NCBI GenBank assembly: GCA_046758565.1
Contig: JBHIAO010000001.1
Span: 1-62,140, forward strand
From: Anaerolineae bacterium
GTDB lineage: Bacteria; Chloroflexota; Anaerolineae; Epilineales; JAANWY01
Length of the DNA stretch: 62,140 bases
Direction: 5' to 3'
The translations under genes and the position numbers were made by a program. Positions 9,065 through 17,664 of this stretch are shown here, piece after piece (position 1 is the stretch's first letter; each line of letters opens with the position of its first letter). The notes beneath the pieces were generated by a model. The model had not been told where the DNA came from. It ran no database searches and worked only from the letters and a program-made list of their open reading frames with translations.

Positions 9065-9136
9065 TCAGTAAACAGTAATCAGTGGTCGGATTCTGGACTA
9101 CTGCTTACTGATCACTGTTTACTGATCACTGATCAG
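9051..9136. repeat. CAGTRAW-family heptamer hairpin between glpB and glpC
   Basis: The left arm tcagtaaacagtgatcagtaaacagtaatcagtgg pairs with the right arm ctactgcttactgatcactgtttactgatcactgatc, with a 20-nt perfect match on a slipped register. The glpB TGA (9062-9064) lies inside the element. Confidence 0.85.
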
Positions 9137-9155
9137 GCAAGCACTAGGGTCTCCC

Positions 9156-10424
9156 ATGCACACAGCTTCCTGGCAGTCCGTCGGCCCATCACTGGACGAG
9201 TGCATCAAATGCAATATCTGCACCAGTTTCTGCCCGGTGTCGGCGGTAACGGATCTGTTCCCCGGCCCCAAGTATGTGGGGCCGCAGGCACAGCGTTTCC
9301 GGGAAAACGGCCAGCCACAGTCGCCGGATCACTCTGTGGATTACTGCTCCGGCTGCCGGGTGTGCAATGAAGTCTGCCCCGCCGGCGTCAAGATTGCCGA
9401 GTTGAACGCCCGTGCTCGAGCCCAGATCGTCAGGGATCAGGGTATTCCGCTGCGCAATCGGCTGCTGGGACGCAACGAGTTGCTGGGCAAGATGGGTAGC
9501 CATGCGCCACATCTGGTCAACTTTGCCCTTCACAACCCTGTCAGCCGCGTCCTTGCTGAAAGAGTGATGGGTATCGCCCGGCAGGCGCCTTTGCCTCGCT
9601 GGAGTACCGATGGCAGTTTCGGGGCCTGGATGCAGCGTACTCGTGACGAGCGATTGCGATCAAAGAAGAAGGTGGTGTATTTCCACGGTTGTGCTACCAT
9701 GTACTACGAGCCGTTCATCGGCCAAGCCGCCTTGGCTGTGCTGGAGCACAACGGCTACGAGGTGATCGTGCCGCCGCAGAACTGCTGTGGCCTGCCCATG
9801 CTCAGCAACGGCGAGTTCGGTGCCGCGCAGAGTTTCCATCAGCGCAACGTGGACAGTCTCTCGAACTATGCCCGCGCGGACTACCCTATCGTGGGCACCA
9901 GCACCAGTTGCACCCTGACGCTGAAAGAAGAAGCGCCGGAGCTGCTGGACATGGCGGACGGCAGCACTCACCAGCTCAAAATGGGTACCTGGGACATCTT
10001 CGAGTGGCTGCGAGAATTGCATGAGGAGGGTGAACTGTGCACCGATTTTCGCAGAATGGAGATGGTGCTGCCGTATCACGCCCCTTGCCAGTATCGAGCC
10101 CACCGCGTGGGCAGACCGGCCCTGGATGTGATGGCGCTGATCCCTGGCCTGGATCTGCGCGAAAGCCACGCCCGGTGCTGCGGTATTGCCGGCACCTATG
10201 GCTACAAGGTCGAGAAGTACCAGATTGCCATGGACGTGGGCGAAGAACTGTTCAGCTTCGTTCGGAGGCAGGGCCAGGATGTCCATATGACCGCCTGCGA
10301 TTCGGAAACCTGCCGCTGGCAGTTGGAACACGGTACACACAAGCCCAGCCGCCATCCCATTGAGATACTGGCTGCAGCATACGGGTTGTACGATCTGGAG
10401 CAGCGGCGGTTAGTCGAGGGGTGA
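9156..10424 (+). CDS. glpC: anaerobic glycerol-3-phosphate dehydrogenase subunit C (Fe-S, CCG domains)
   Basis: 422 aa. Two 4Fe-4S motifs (CIKCNICTSFCP, CSGCRVCNEVCP) followed by two cysteine-rich CCG repeats. Confidence 0.85.
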   Translation: MHTASWQSVGPSLDECIKCNICTSFCPVSAVTDLFPGPKYVGPQAQRFRENGQPQSPDHSVDYCSGCRVCNEVCPAGVKIAELNARARAQIVRDQGIPLRNRLLGRNELLGKMGSHAPHLVNFALHNPVSRVLAERVMGIARQAPLPRWSTDGSFGAWMQRTRDERLRSKKKVVYFHGCATMYYEPFIGQAALAVLEHNGYEVIVPPQNCCGLPMLSNGEFGAAQSFHQRNVDSLSNYARADYPIVGTSTSCTLTLKEEAPELLDMADGSTHQLKMGTWDIFEWLRELHEEGELCTDFRRMEMVLPYHAPCQYRAHRVGRPALDVMALIPGLDLRESHARCCGIAGTYGYKVEKYQIAMDVGEELFSFVRRQGQDVHMTACDSETCRWQLEHGTHKPSRHPIEILAAAYGLYDLEQRRLVEG

Positions 10425-10481
10425 TACGTGCAGCGCGAGCATACAACTGGCGATGGACTTACGCTGTCGTGTACTAGATTC

Positions 10482-10510
10482 TTGGCAGGCGTCTCAGTTT
10501 CGAGTATAAT
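10482..10510 (+). promoter_or_regulatory. sigma-70-type promoter giving a near-leaderless transcript of the next gene
   Basis: TTGGCA (10482-10487), 17 nt, TATAAT (10505-10510). The ATG at 10520 is only 9 nt after the -10. Confidence 0.5.
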
Positions 10511-10519
10511 CAGGCTAAG

Positions 10520-11584
10520 ATGAGATTCCTTGTTATTGGTGCCGGTGCTATCGGCTGCCTGGTTGGCGGCCGGCTGGCGGCGGCCGGACAAGACGTGACT
10601 TTGGTGACCCGGAGCTGGCTAGCCGGTACCATTGCCGATAGCGGGTTGCGACTCAACATCGGCGGTGAGACCATCTACGTGCCTGAGATTGCGGCCGTCA
10701 CGACCGTGAAAGAAGCGGTTTTCGAGTTCGGACCATTCGACCTGGCACTGTTCACCATGAAGTCCTATGACACGACGACCGGGATTCGAGACCTACAGGC
10801 AGCCGTGGGCCATCCGCTGTCGGTGCTGTCACTGCAGAACGGTGTGGGGAACGAGCAACTTCTGAGTGATGCATTCGGAGCTGACCAAGTCATCGCCGGC
10901 GTGATCACGTCGCCGGCTGAGATGCCGGTCCCAGGCGTGGTTCGAGCATCATCCGGCGCCATCGGCCTGGCAGCGCTGGATCCTGAGACTTCCATCGGAC
11001 CCATGGCAGCCGCTTTTCAGTCCGCAGGCTTCGAGACCCGCCTCTACGATGACTGGCGGGCGCTGAAGTGGTCGAAGTTGCTGCTCAACATCCTGGGAAA
11101 TGCGACGTCGGCAATCCTGGACTGGCCCCCAGGACGGATCTTCAGCGATCCCCGGCTGTTTGACCTGGAGTGGCGAGCGTGGCACGAAGCGTTGGCGGTC
11201 ATGCGGTCCCAGGGAATTGATGTGGTCTCATTGCCCGGTTATCCACTCCCCCGGATCGTCCGATTGTTAGGTTGGGTCCCTCGGTCTCTCCTGCAGCCGA
11301 TCGTGCAACGTGCAGTCGCTCGCGGTCGCAGCGGGAAAATGCCATCGCTGCACTTCAGCCTGGAAAAGGGAAAGGCCAACTCCGAGGTCACGGTGCTGAA
11401 TGGCGCTGTGGTTAAGGCCGGCCGGCATCTCGGTATTCCAACGCCCGTCAATGCGGCACTTGCTGATACTCTGACAGACATTGTTTGGGGTAACGTTGAA
11501 TGGGATGCTTTCCGGGGCCGGCCAGACCGCCTGCTGGCGGCTGTAGCGACGACGCAGAGTCACAGGGAGCGAGCACGTGGCTGA
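10520..11584 (+). CDS. ketopantoate reductase family oxidoreductase (ApbA/PanE-like)
   Basis: 354 aa. N-terminal Rossmann MRFLVIGAGAIGCLVGGRLAAAG. Length and C-terminal helical domain are typical of 2-dehydropantoate 2-reductase-like proteins. Confidence 0.7.
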   Translation: MRFLVIGAGAIGCLVGGRLAAAGQDVTLVTRSWLAGTIADSGLRLNIGGETIYVPEIAAVTTVKEAVFEFGPFDLALFTMKSYDTTTGIRDLQAAVGHPLSVLSLQNGVGNEQLLSDAFGADQVIAGVITSPAEMPVPGVVRASSGAIGLAALDPETSIGPMAAAFQSAGFETRLYDDWRALKWSKLLLNILGNATSAILDWPPGRIFSDPRLFDLEWRAWHEALAVMRSQGIDVVSLPGYPLPRIVRLLGWVPRSLLQPIVQRAVARGRSGKMPSLHFSLEKGKANSEVTVLNGAVVKAGRHLGIPTPVNAALADTLTDIVWGNVEWDAFRGRPDRLLAAVATTQSHRERARG

Positions 11585-11599
11585 TAAACGGCACAAGAA

Positions 11600-12628
11600 A
11601 TGGGCGCAAGTCAGGTGAATGTGATGTTGAAAGAGAGAATGACGTTGGATGAACCCGGTTTGACGGCCTATCGCGCGGCTCGTGAGGATGTGGCGGTGAT
11701 GGATCGCTCTGCGTGGGGGCGCGTGCGGATGGCCGGCGAAGACCGGGTTGATTTTCTGCACCGCATGTCCACTAACGAGGTGCGGGACCTGGTGTCAGGT
11801 GTGATCCGGCAGACTATCCTGACCTCGGACATTGGGCGTATTGTGGCCATTGTCACAGCATACGCTTTCCCTGATCACCTGCTTCTTTTGACCGATCTCG
11901 GCGGCGCCCAGCGAGTGATTGGCCACCTGGAGCGCTATATCTTTTTCCGTGACAGGGTTGAACTCGCGGATGTCACGGAAGAGACCGGGATGCTCTCCCT
12001 GTGGGGGCCGCAACCTGCGCCGATCCTCGGCGACATAGTTGAGCCGGCCATTTCAGACTTGGCAACAGACGCCTGGGTTGAAACTGACTTTGATGGGTTG
12101 ACGAGTATCGTGGCTCGAACGGATGAGCTGGGGCTGGACGGTTTTAACCTGATCGTTCACCGTGACCATGTGGAGCCTCTTCTGCATCGTCTAACCGAAG
12201 CTGGCGCCCAACACATGGATGCCATGGTGTACGAGATCTTGCGCGTCGAGGCCGGCCACCCGATACATGGCCGTGAGGTTGGAGAAGACTTCAACCCGCT
12301 GGAGGCCGGCCTGAAACCGATCATCAGCTTCGAAAAGGGCTGCTACATCGGTCAGGAAGTGGTCGCACGGTTGGATACTTACGACAAGGTGAAGCAACGC
12401 CTGATCGGCGTCCGGCTGGAGCGCCTGCCCGTTGCGGAGGAACGGCCGGCCCTGACATCGGGCGGTCACAATGTCGGCTTCCTGACCAGTTGGGTTCAAT
12501 CGCCGGCCTATGGCCCCATCGCCTTGGGGTATGTTCTAGGCAAGCATCTAGAACCTAATCTGATCGTCGAGGTCGTCGATGGAGCGGGGCAAATTGTGGG
12601 TCAGGTTGTCGATTTACCCTTCTTCTGA
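11600..12628 (+). CDS. folate-binding YgfZ/GcvT-like protein
   Basis: 342 aa. GcvT-fold N-terminus and the YgfZ signature KGCYIGQE (FEKGCYIGQEVVARL). The start may be one of the downstream Met codons (11624 or 11639). Confidence 0.75.
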   Translation: MGASQVNVMLKERMTLDEPGLTAYRAAREDVAVMDRSAWGRVRMAGEDRVDFLHRMSTNEVRDLVSGVIRQTILTSDIGRIVAIVTAYAFPDHLLLLTDLGGAQRVIGHLERYIFFRDRVELADVTEETGMLSLWGPQPAPILGDIVEPAISDLATDAWVETDFDGLTSIVARTDELGLDGFNLIVHRDHVEPLLHRLTEAGAQHMDAMVYEILRVEAGHPIHGREVGEDFNPLEAGLKPIISFEKGCYIGQEVVARLDTYDKVKQRLIGVRLERLPVAEERPALTSGGHNVGFLTSWVQSPAYGPIALGYVLGKHLEPNLIVEVVDGAGQIVGQVVDLPFF

Positions 12629-12790
12629 CACGGGCACAAATGTGAGCATCCTCGCTTGTACGCCGAGAAGCTGCGGGCTGCCGGCGGTCATGTTGCGTAG
12701 CTTAAACGTATGCCTAGCGCCTGATATGCGGTGAGACAAATGGCCGCTGGGCGTGTAAGATTGGGGATAGCATTCTCCTCCTTCGATAGA

Positions 12791-12833
12791 GCGCCAGGAT
12801 TGTATAGACAGGTGTCCTGGCGCTTTATCGTTT
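12791..12833 (+). terminator. rho-independent terminator after the ygfZ-like gene
   Basis: Stem GCGCCAGGA (12791-12799) pairs with TCCTGGCGC (12815-12823), followed by TTTATCGTTT. Confidence 0.65.
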
Positions 12834-12874
12834 ACGTGGCAGTGTTTGAGGACGATGATCGGTGACATCGTCGC

Positions 12875-13510
12875 CTAGTACTCGACCCTACGCTCCTCAC
12901 CCCGAAGCAGCCGGCCAATATTGGGCCGCAATGCATACGTGACCAGCGCCGCTTGCCCCAGCCCGTAGATGACCTGGTCCAATGCAGATTGCTTTGCAAC
13001 GAACGGATTGAGGTCCACGCCGGTAACGGCCAGCAGGACGAGCACGACCAATGCTCCCCACGCAACAGCCAGTGAGGCCACCGATGCCATCCGCGAGACG
13101 AAGAATGCTAACAGTGAAACAGGGATCACGACCAGACAGGTGAACGGCGATAGGGCAAATAAAACACCCAAATTGGTCGCTGTGCCTGCTCCGCCGGCAA
13201 AGCGGATGTACACCGACCAGTTATGACCAGCCACTGCCCCAATGCCAGCCAGCGCCTGAGCCAACGGTACGCCGGGGAACAGCGCACGCGCGGCAAACAC
13301 GGGTATCATGCCTTTCAGAATATCGCCGGCGCCGGTAATGAGGGCCGACGCGATGCTGTTGGTTGCCCGCCACACGTTCGTCCCACCGGTGCGTCCACTG
13401 CCGTGGAGACGTGGATCAACACCCTGCACGCGACAGACAAGCAGGCCAACCGGGACTGCGCCCAGCAAGTAGCCCATCAGGCCGGCCACGACCGCTTGAA
13501 GAACTTCCAT
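12875..13510 (-). CDS. plsY: glycerol-3-phosphate acyltransferase PlsY
   Basis: HGSGRTGGTN is a variant of the PlsY GSGNxGxTN motif. Multi-TM. Start chosen at MEVLQAVV (ATG 13510) behind a GAGGAGGGAGG RBS. The ORF-track version extends to 13543. Confidence 0.8.
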   Translation of the reverse strand: MEVLQAVVAGLMGYLLGAVPVGLLVCRVQGVDPRLHGSGRTGGTNVWRATNSIASALITGAGDILKGMIPVFAARALFPGVPLAQALAGIGAVAGHNWSVYIRFAGGAGTATNLGVLFALSPFTCLVVIPVSLLAFFVSRMASVASLAVAWGALVVLVLLAVTGVDLNPFVAKQSALDQVIYGLGQAALVTYALRPNIGRLLRGEERRVEY

Positions 13511-13648
13511 GGTGCCTCCCTCCTCAGTCCCAAGAACATGCAACTGCTAAAACACGGGGCAGTGCCCGCGTATACGCGTTCCACTTCACGGAGCGACGTT
13601 GATTCGCGCAGCCAAGGCCACCGTTGGGGGAAGAATCATAGTTGTTGC

Positions 13649-14617
13649 CTACAGAGAACATTCGTCGAGGACCACGCCGACGAAGAGATCCTTTTCGGTG
13701 GGAGCGTTGGAGGCCGGCGACGGATAGGCGCGGATAAACATCTCGCGGCCGAACAGGCGACGCACGACGAAATCTGGTAGGTGGCGCTGGAAACCTGGAC
13801 CGCCACCCTGGCTTCGGTGGGCAGCACTGGCCCGCATTTTGGCATCCAGGAAGTCCCTCACATCGATCCGCGTGTGAATCATTTCGTCGGGCGTTCCCAA
13901 CTGGGTCAGATTGATATCGCCATTGCGACCGAACTTGGTCGGGTCCTTCCGTAGTAGACGCAACAGTCGGACAGCCCACTTGATGTAGCTTCTCGGTAGC
14001 GCCGTATAGTACAACTTCTGCGGTTTGTGCGGCGTCAGACCTCCGTCGATTTGGTTTGGGTACATTGTCGGATCGCCGGCTAACTCGAAGGCCTGGGTCA
14101 CAATCTCACTTACGGCAATGTGATCGGGGTGGAAGTAGCCGCCGGTAGGATCGTGGGTCGTAACGACGTGCGGCCGCAGCTCTCGAATCAGGCGCACAAC
14201 GCGTCCCGTCACTTCAGATCGGTCTGCCTGCACCAGGCAATCTGGGTGTTCGTTTGCCTGGCTGCCAGCCATGCCCGAATCCCGATAGTGAAATTGATGC
14301 AAGGTTGCCCCCAGGGCATCGACCGCCTGACTCAGCTCCCTGGCCCGAACCGCCACCAAACTCTCCACCTGGTCCATGGCATCAGGGTCCACCGAGCCAA
14401 CGGCTCCATCGGTCATGATCAGAACGTGAACATCCACGCCCTCGGCGGCATATCGCGCCAGTGTTCCGCCGGGACCGAAACTTTCATCATCTGGATGAGC
14501 GAAAACTGCGAGAAGTCGGTATCTGGAATCCTTCACTTTCATAAGCTCAGACACGTCCTCTTGGTTCAAGGAATAGAGCTCTTTACCCAAGCCCTGATGC
14601 GTGAAACACGGTATCAC
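13649..14617 (-). CDS. PIG-L/LmbE-family N-acetylglucosaminyl deacetylase
   Basis: 322 aa. AHPDDESFG and HPDH zinc motifs. The start is uncertain (14617, coupled to the upstream gene, or MKVKD at 14542). Confidence 0.8.
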   Translation of the reverse strand: MIPCFTHQGLGKELYSLNQEDVSELMKVKDSRYRLLAVFAHPDDESFGPGGTLARYAAEGVDVHVLIMTDGAVGSVDPDAMDQVESLVAVRARELSQAVDALGATLHQFHYRDSGMAGSQANEHPDCLVQADRSEVTGRVVRLIRELRPHVVTTHDPTGGYFHPDHIAVSEIVTQAFELAGDPTMYPNQIDGGLTPHKPQKLYYTALPRSYIKWAVRLLRLLRKDPTKFGRNGDINLTQLGTPDEMIHTRIDVRDFLDAKMRASAAHRSQGGGPGFQRHLPDFVVRRLFGREMFIRAYPSPASNAPTEKDLFVGVVLDECSL

Positions 14618-15369
14618 GGATCGCGTATTACGGCCTCAACCCTTCGATCAAGCGGGACCACCCGGTGCTCGGTGTTCTTCGTAACAGCTAACTGGAAGCC
14701 GATGAACATTAGAATCGCTCCGATCAACTCACTCCCGTAGAGCAAGCCAGTTGTCCCGAGCCGAGCGAGCGTGCCCCCGATGGCCGGCGACAGCGCACCC
14801 AGGGCGATAAATACATTGCCCAGCACGCGATTCGGTAATATCCGCTTGCGCCAGAACAGAAACGCCGAATAGATTGCACCACCTACTAATGTGATGACAC
14901 CGTAAATGTTGAAGAACGGTGTCAACAAGCGAACCCTGGCGCCCTCAGGCAAAATTCCCTTGTATTGGTCGCTCAGGGAAACACCCGTCGAGAATGTGCC
15001 GGCCCCAGGCAGCGGCGTTGACCATAGCATCAACACGGCGAAAAGGGAACCCAGCAGTAGAATTGCCATGAGGACATGAGCCACATACGGCCGGCGGACA
15101 AGCAGATACACGGTGCCCTGACCCAGCCAGGCCGCAGTCAGAATTGCACCACAAAGATACCACAGTCGGAATATTGTGGGGCTCCAGGCCTGCGCAGAAT
15201 AGAACTCGGAGAAGGTACCAAGTCCGTACAGAACTAGTCCGAGGCCCCAGAGCAGCAAATGATTTGCGGGCCGGCGTGACCACCAACGACGTAGAACGAA
15301 GAATGCAAAGACAAAGGTGACTATCGTCGAGAATAGGGGGAGCCAGTTGATGATTTGCATTCTGCGCAT
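14614..15369 (-). CDS. polytopic membrane protein (about 7 TM), unknown function
   Basis: 251 aa, strongly hydrophobic periodic segments. Its stop overlaps the PIG-L start by 4 nt. Confidence 0.6.
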   Translation of the reverse strand: MRRMQIINWLPLFSTIVTFVFAFFVLRRWWSRRPANHLLLWGLGLVLYGLGTFSEFYSAQAWSPTIFRLWYLCGAILTAAWLGQGTVYLLVRRPYVAHVLMAILLLGSLFAVLMLWSTPLPGAGTFSTGVSLSDQYKGILPEGARVRLLTPFFNIYGVITLVGGAIYSAFLFWRKRILPNRVLGNVFIALGALSPAIGGTLARLGTTGLLYGSELIGAILMFIGFQLAVTKNTEHRVVPLDRRVEAVIRDP

Positions 15370-15382
15370 CCTTTCAACTTGG

Positions 15383-15416
15383 GAGAGATTAGAGATTGGA
15401 GATGATCGATCTCTCT
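15383..15416. repeat. GAGATT-family heptamer repeat with a small hairpin
   Basis: gagagattagagattggagatgatcgatctctc, between the 63-aa ORF and the 7-TM gene. Confidence 0.6.
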
Positions 15417-15419
15417 TCG

Positions 15420-15611
15420 TTACTGATACGGGACCAAACCGACCAGAAAGCCCAAAACCATCAGTAGAACAACGACCATAACCAATGCCATGATGATCAG
15501 CAGGACAGGCACAATCCGTTCGAAAAGTAGAGAATCTGCTGGCATGCGGATTTGATCTTGTCGTCGCAAGGTTCCGTTCGAGCCTTCTTTATCCATTCCA
15601 AAACTGAGCAA
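15420..15611 (-). CDS. possible small single-pass membrane protein
   Basis: 63-aa ORF ending in a 30-residue hydrophobic stretch (VPVLLIIMALVMVVVLLMVLGFLVGLV). No recognisable family and a weak start context. Confidence 0.3.
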   Translation of the reverse strand: MLSFGMDKEGSNGTLRRQDQIRMPADSLLFERIVPVLLIIMALVMVVVLLMVLGFLVGLVPYQ

Positions 15612-16164
15612 AGACTAACAAGCCTGCTGTCAACACAGTTCAAGTATACACAAAGTTGTACATGAGTCAAACATTATCAGCACACTTGCCCAACATACAT
15701 CAATTGCTCGAGTTTTCCACATCAAACTTCATTTGTAGATATCTATTGTAGTCGTTGTCGTAGGCTTGTGGATAGTGTGGACAGATCGACTTGGGACAAA
15801 ACAATCATCCACGGGTAGGGTCTAGTACAAAGCAACCCCACAACATGTGTACCGCCGCTAGGGTTGCAGAGATGCGCCATTGTGGACAACGGGTGGAGGA
15901 ATCTGTGGAGGAGATTGGAAAAAGGAGTTGTGGATTTTGAAAGGGTCTCGGTCATAGTTCGTGGCATTTTGACGGAGGATCGTAGATGTAGGGGAAAGTG
16001 TGAGCAGGAAGTACCAGGACTAGTGTTACGTAAGAGGAGCATCATTGGATGCGCCGGCAGAACGATTATGCACAGTTATCCCCAGTTTGCCCATGATATC
16101 CACAGATATCAGCGAGTTATCCACATCCTTAAATCGGTTTCTCTCTATACCTCCGCACCTCTGC
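15612..16164. other. candidate chromosomal replication origin (oriC): AT-rich stretch plus DnaA-box cluster
   Basis: Boxes found by eye:
- TTTTCCACA 15713-15721
- TGTGGATAG 15767-15775
- TGTGGACAG 15776-15784
- TGTGGACAA 15881-15889
- TGTGGATTT 15929-15937
- TTATCCCCA 16076-16084
- ATATCCACA 16096-16104
- TTATCCACA 16117-16125 (perfect consensus)

The AT-rich segment is 15612-15760. The region is directly adjacent to dnaA. Confidence 0.65.
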
Positions 16165-17664
16165 TCAGGTTTGGTACATCAAGTTCTTGATTTCCATGAT
16201 TTCGCGCCGCAGTGATTCATCATGAGTTATCAGATTGCTGATTTTTTCATTCGCATGCATGACTGTCGAATGATCCCGACCGCCCAGTTCCGCGCCAATC
16301 TGTGGAAAGGACAACTTGACCTCCTCACGCAAGATATACATGGCGATCTGGCGTGGCAGAGCGATGCGCCGGCTGCGCGACCGACTTAGAAGGTCATCTA
16401 GGGTCAGATGGTAGAAATCGGCGACAATTTCTAGTATGACTGGCACTGGTGGCGGCTCCGGTTTGGCAGCCAGGAGACCGGCGAGAGCCCGTGAGGCTGT
16501 GTTGACGGTCATTGGAAGGTGCATGGACCGCGCATACATCACGACCCGGTTAAGTGCCCCTTCCAGCTCGCGGATATTGCTTTCGATCTGGTGTGCAATC
16601 ATTTCCATTATATCCAGCGGGACTGGCACAGGCTGTTGTTCAGCTTTCGACTGAAGGATAGCAATCCGGGTTTCGAGATCGGGCGGTTGGATATCTGCGG
16701 TTAGACCCCACTCAAAGCGTGAACGCAGACGCTCTTCGAGCGTTGTTAGAGCTTTCGGGTGCCGATCGCTGCTCATAACGATTTGTTTGTTGGCACTGTG
16801 GAGCGTATTGAAGGTATGAAACAACTCCTCCTGTGTTCGCTCCTTGCCGGCGATGAACTGGATGTCATCAATCAGCAGCACGTCCAGGTCCCGGTACTTG
16901 TCGCGAAAGGCGTCGGTTGTCTGTGTCCGGATGGCTGTGATCAAGTCGTTCGTGAATTGCTCTGATGAAACGATGCGTACGCGGAGCCCCTTGGTCGCCG
17001 GTATGTGGCCGGCTGCATGGAGTAGATGGGTTTTTCCAAGGCCAACACCGCCGTAAATGAATAGCGGGTTGTAAGGACGCTCAGCAGGGTGTTCAGCGAC
17101 GGCTAGGGCGGCTGCATGGGCTAGTCGATTTCCATCGCCTACGATGAAGTTGTCAAAGGTATAGCGAGGATTGAGAGAGATGTGGGCGTTGCCTTTGCCG
17201 AGCCCGTTGACTTTGCTGGCTGGGGCTTCCGCCCTAGTGGCCGGCCTGGCCGGCGTTTCATTGGGTAAGCCCTGGAGAAGTTCGACGGCGTCGTTAGCGG
17301 CCTTCGAGCGAGGGCGAATGCGGAACTCGAGTTCAACAGACTGGCCCAGAATGCCGGCAACTGTTCGCTTGATCTTAACATCCAATCGATTTTCCAGCCA
17401 ATCCTTCGCGTAAGCGTTCTGCGTACCTATGATCAACAGGTAACCCTTGTCATGAGCCTCGTCGAAGGGTTCGTCCTGAGTCTCTCCCAGTGGTTCATAG
17501 GCAATGACACACGTGCCTTTGAGCCAAGTGTCAAAGGTTGCACGGGGCATTTGAAGTTGTAGCTCACCGAGGGCGGCTTGCCAAACAGAATCAATATCCT
17601 GTTCTGGTCGACGTTCTGAGCTTCGTCGAAGGGATGGCGACGGGTCAGGTTCTTTGACTGTCAC
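16165..17664 (-). CDS. dnaA: chromosomal replication initiator protein DnaA
   Basis: 499 aa. AAA+ Walker A GGVGLGKTHL, LLIDDIQF, and a C-terminal DnaA-box-binding domain (..GGRDHSTVMHA). GTG start. Confidence 0.95.
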   Translation of the reverse strand: MTVKEPDPSPSLRRSSERRPEQDIDSVWQAALGELQLQMPRATFDTWLKGTCVIAYEPLGETQDEPFDEAHDKGYLLIIGTQNAYAKDWLENRLDVKIKRTVAGILGQSVELEFRIRPRSKAANDAVELLQGLPNETPARPATRAEAPASKVNGLGKGNAHISLNPRYTFDNFIVGDGNRLAHAAALAVAEHPAERPYNPLFIYGGVGLGKTHLLHAAGHIPATKGLRVRIVSSEQFTNDLITAIRTQTTDAFRDKYRDLDVLLIDDIQFIAGKERTQEELFHTFNTLHSANKQIVMSSDRHPKALTTLEERLRSRFEWGLTADIQPPDLETRIAILQSKAEQQPVPVPLDIMEMIAHQIESNIRELEGALNRVVMYARSMHLPMTVNTASRALAGLLAAKPEPPPVPVILEIVADFYHLTLDDLLSRSRSRRIALPRQIAMYILREEVKLSFPQIGAELGGRDHSTVMHANEKISNLITHDESLRREIMEIKNLMYQT

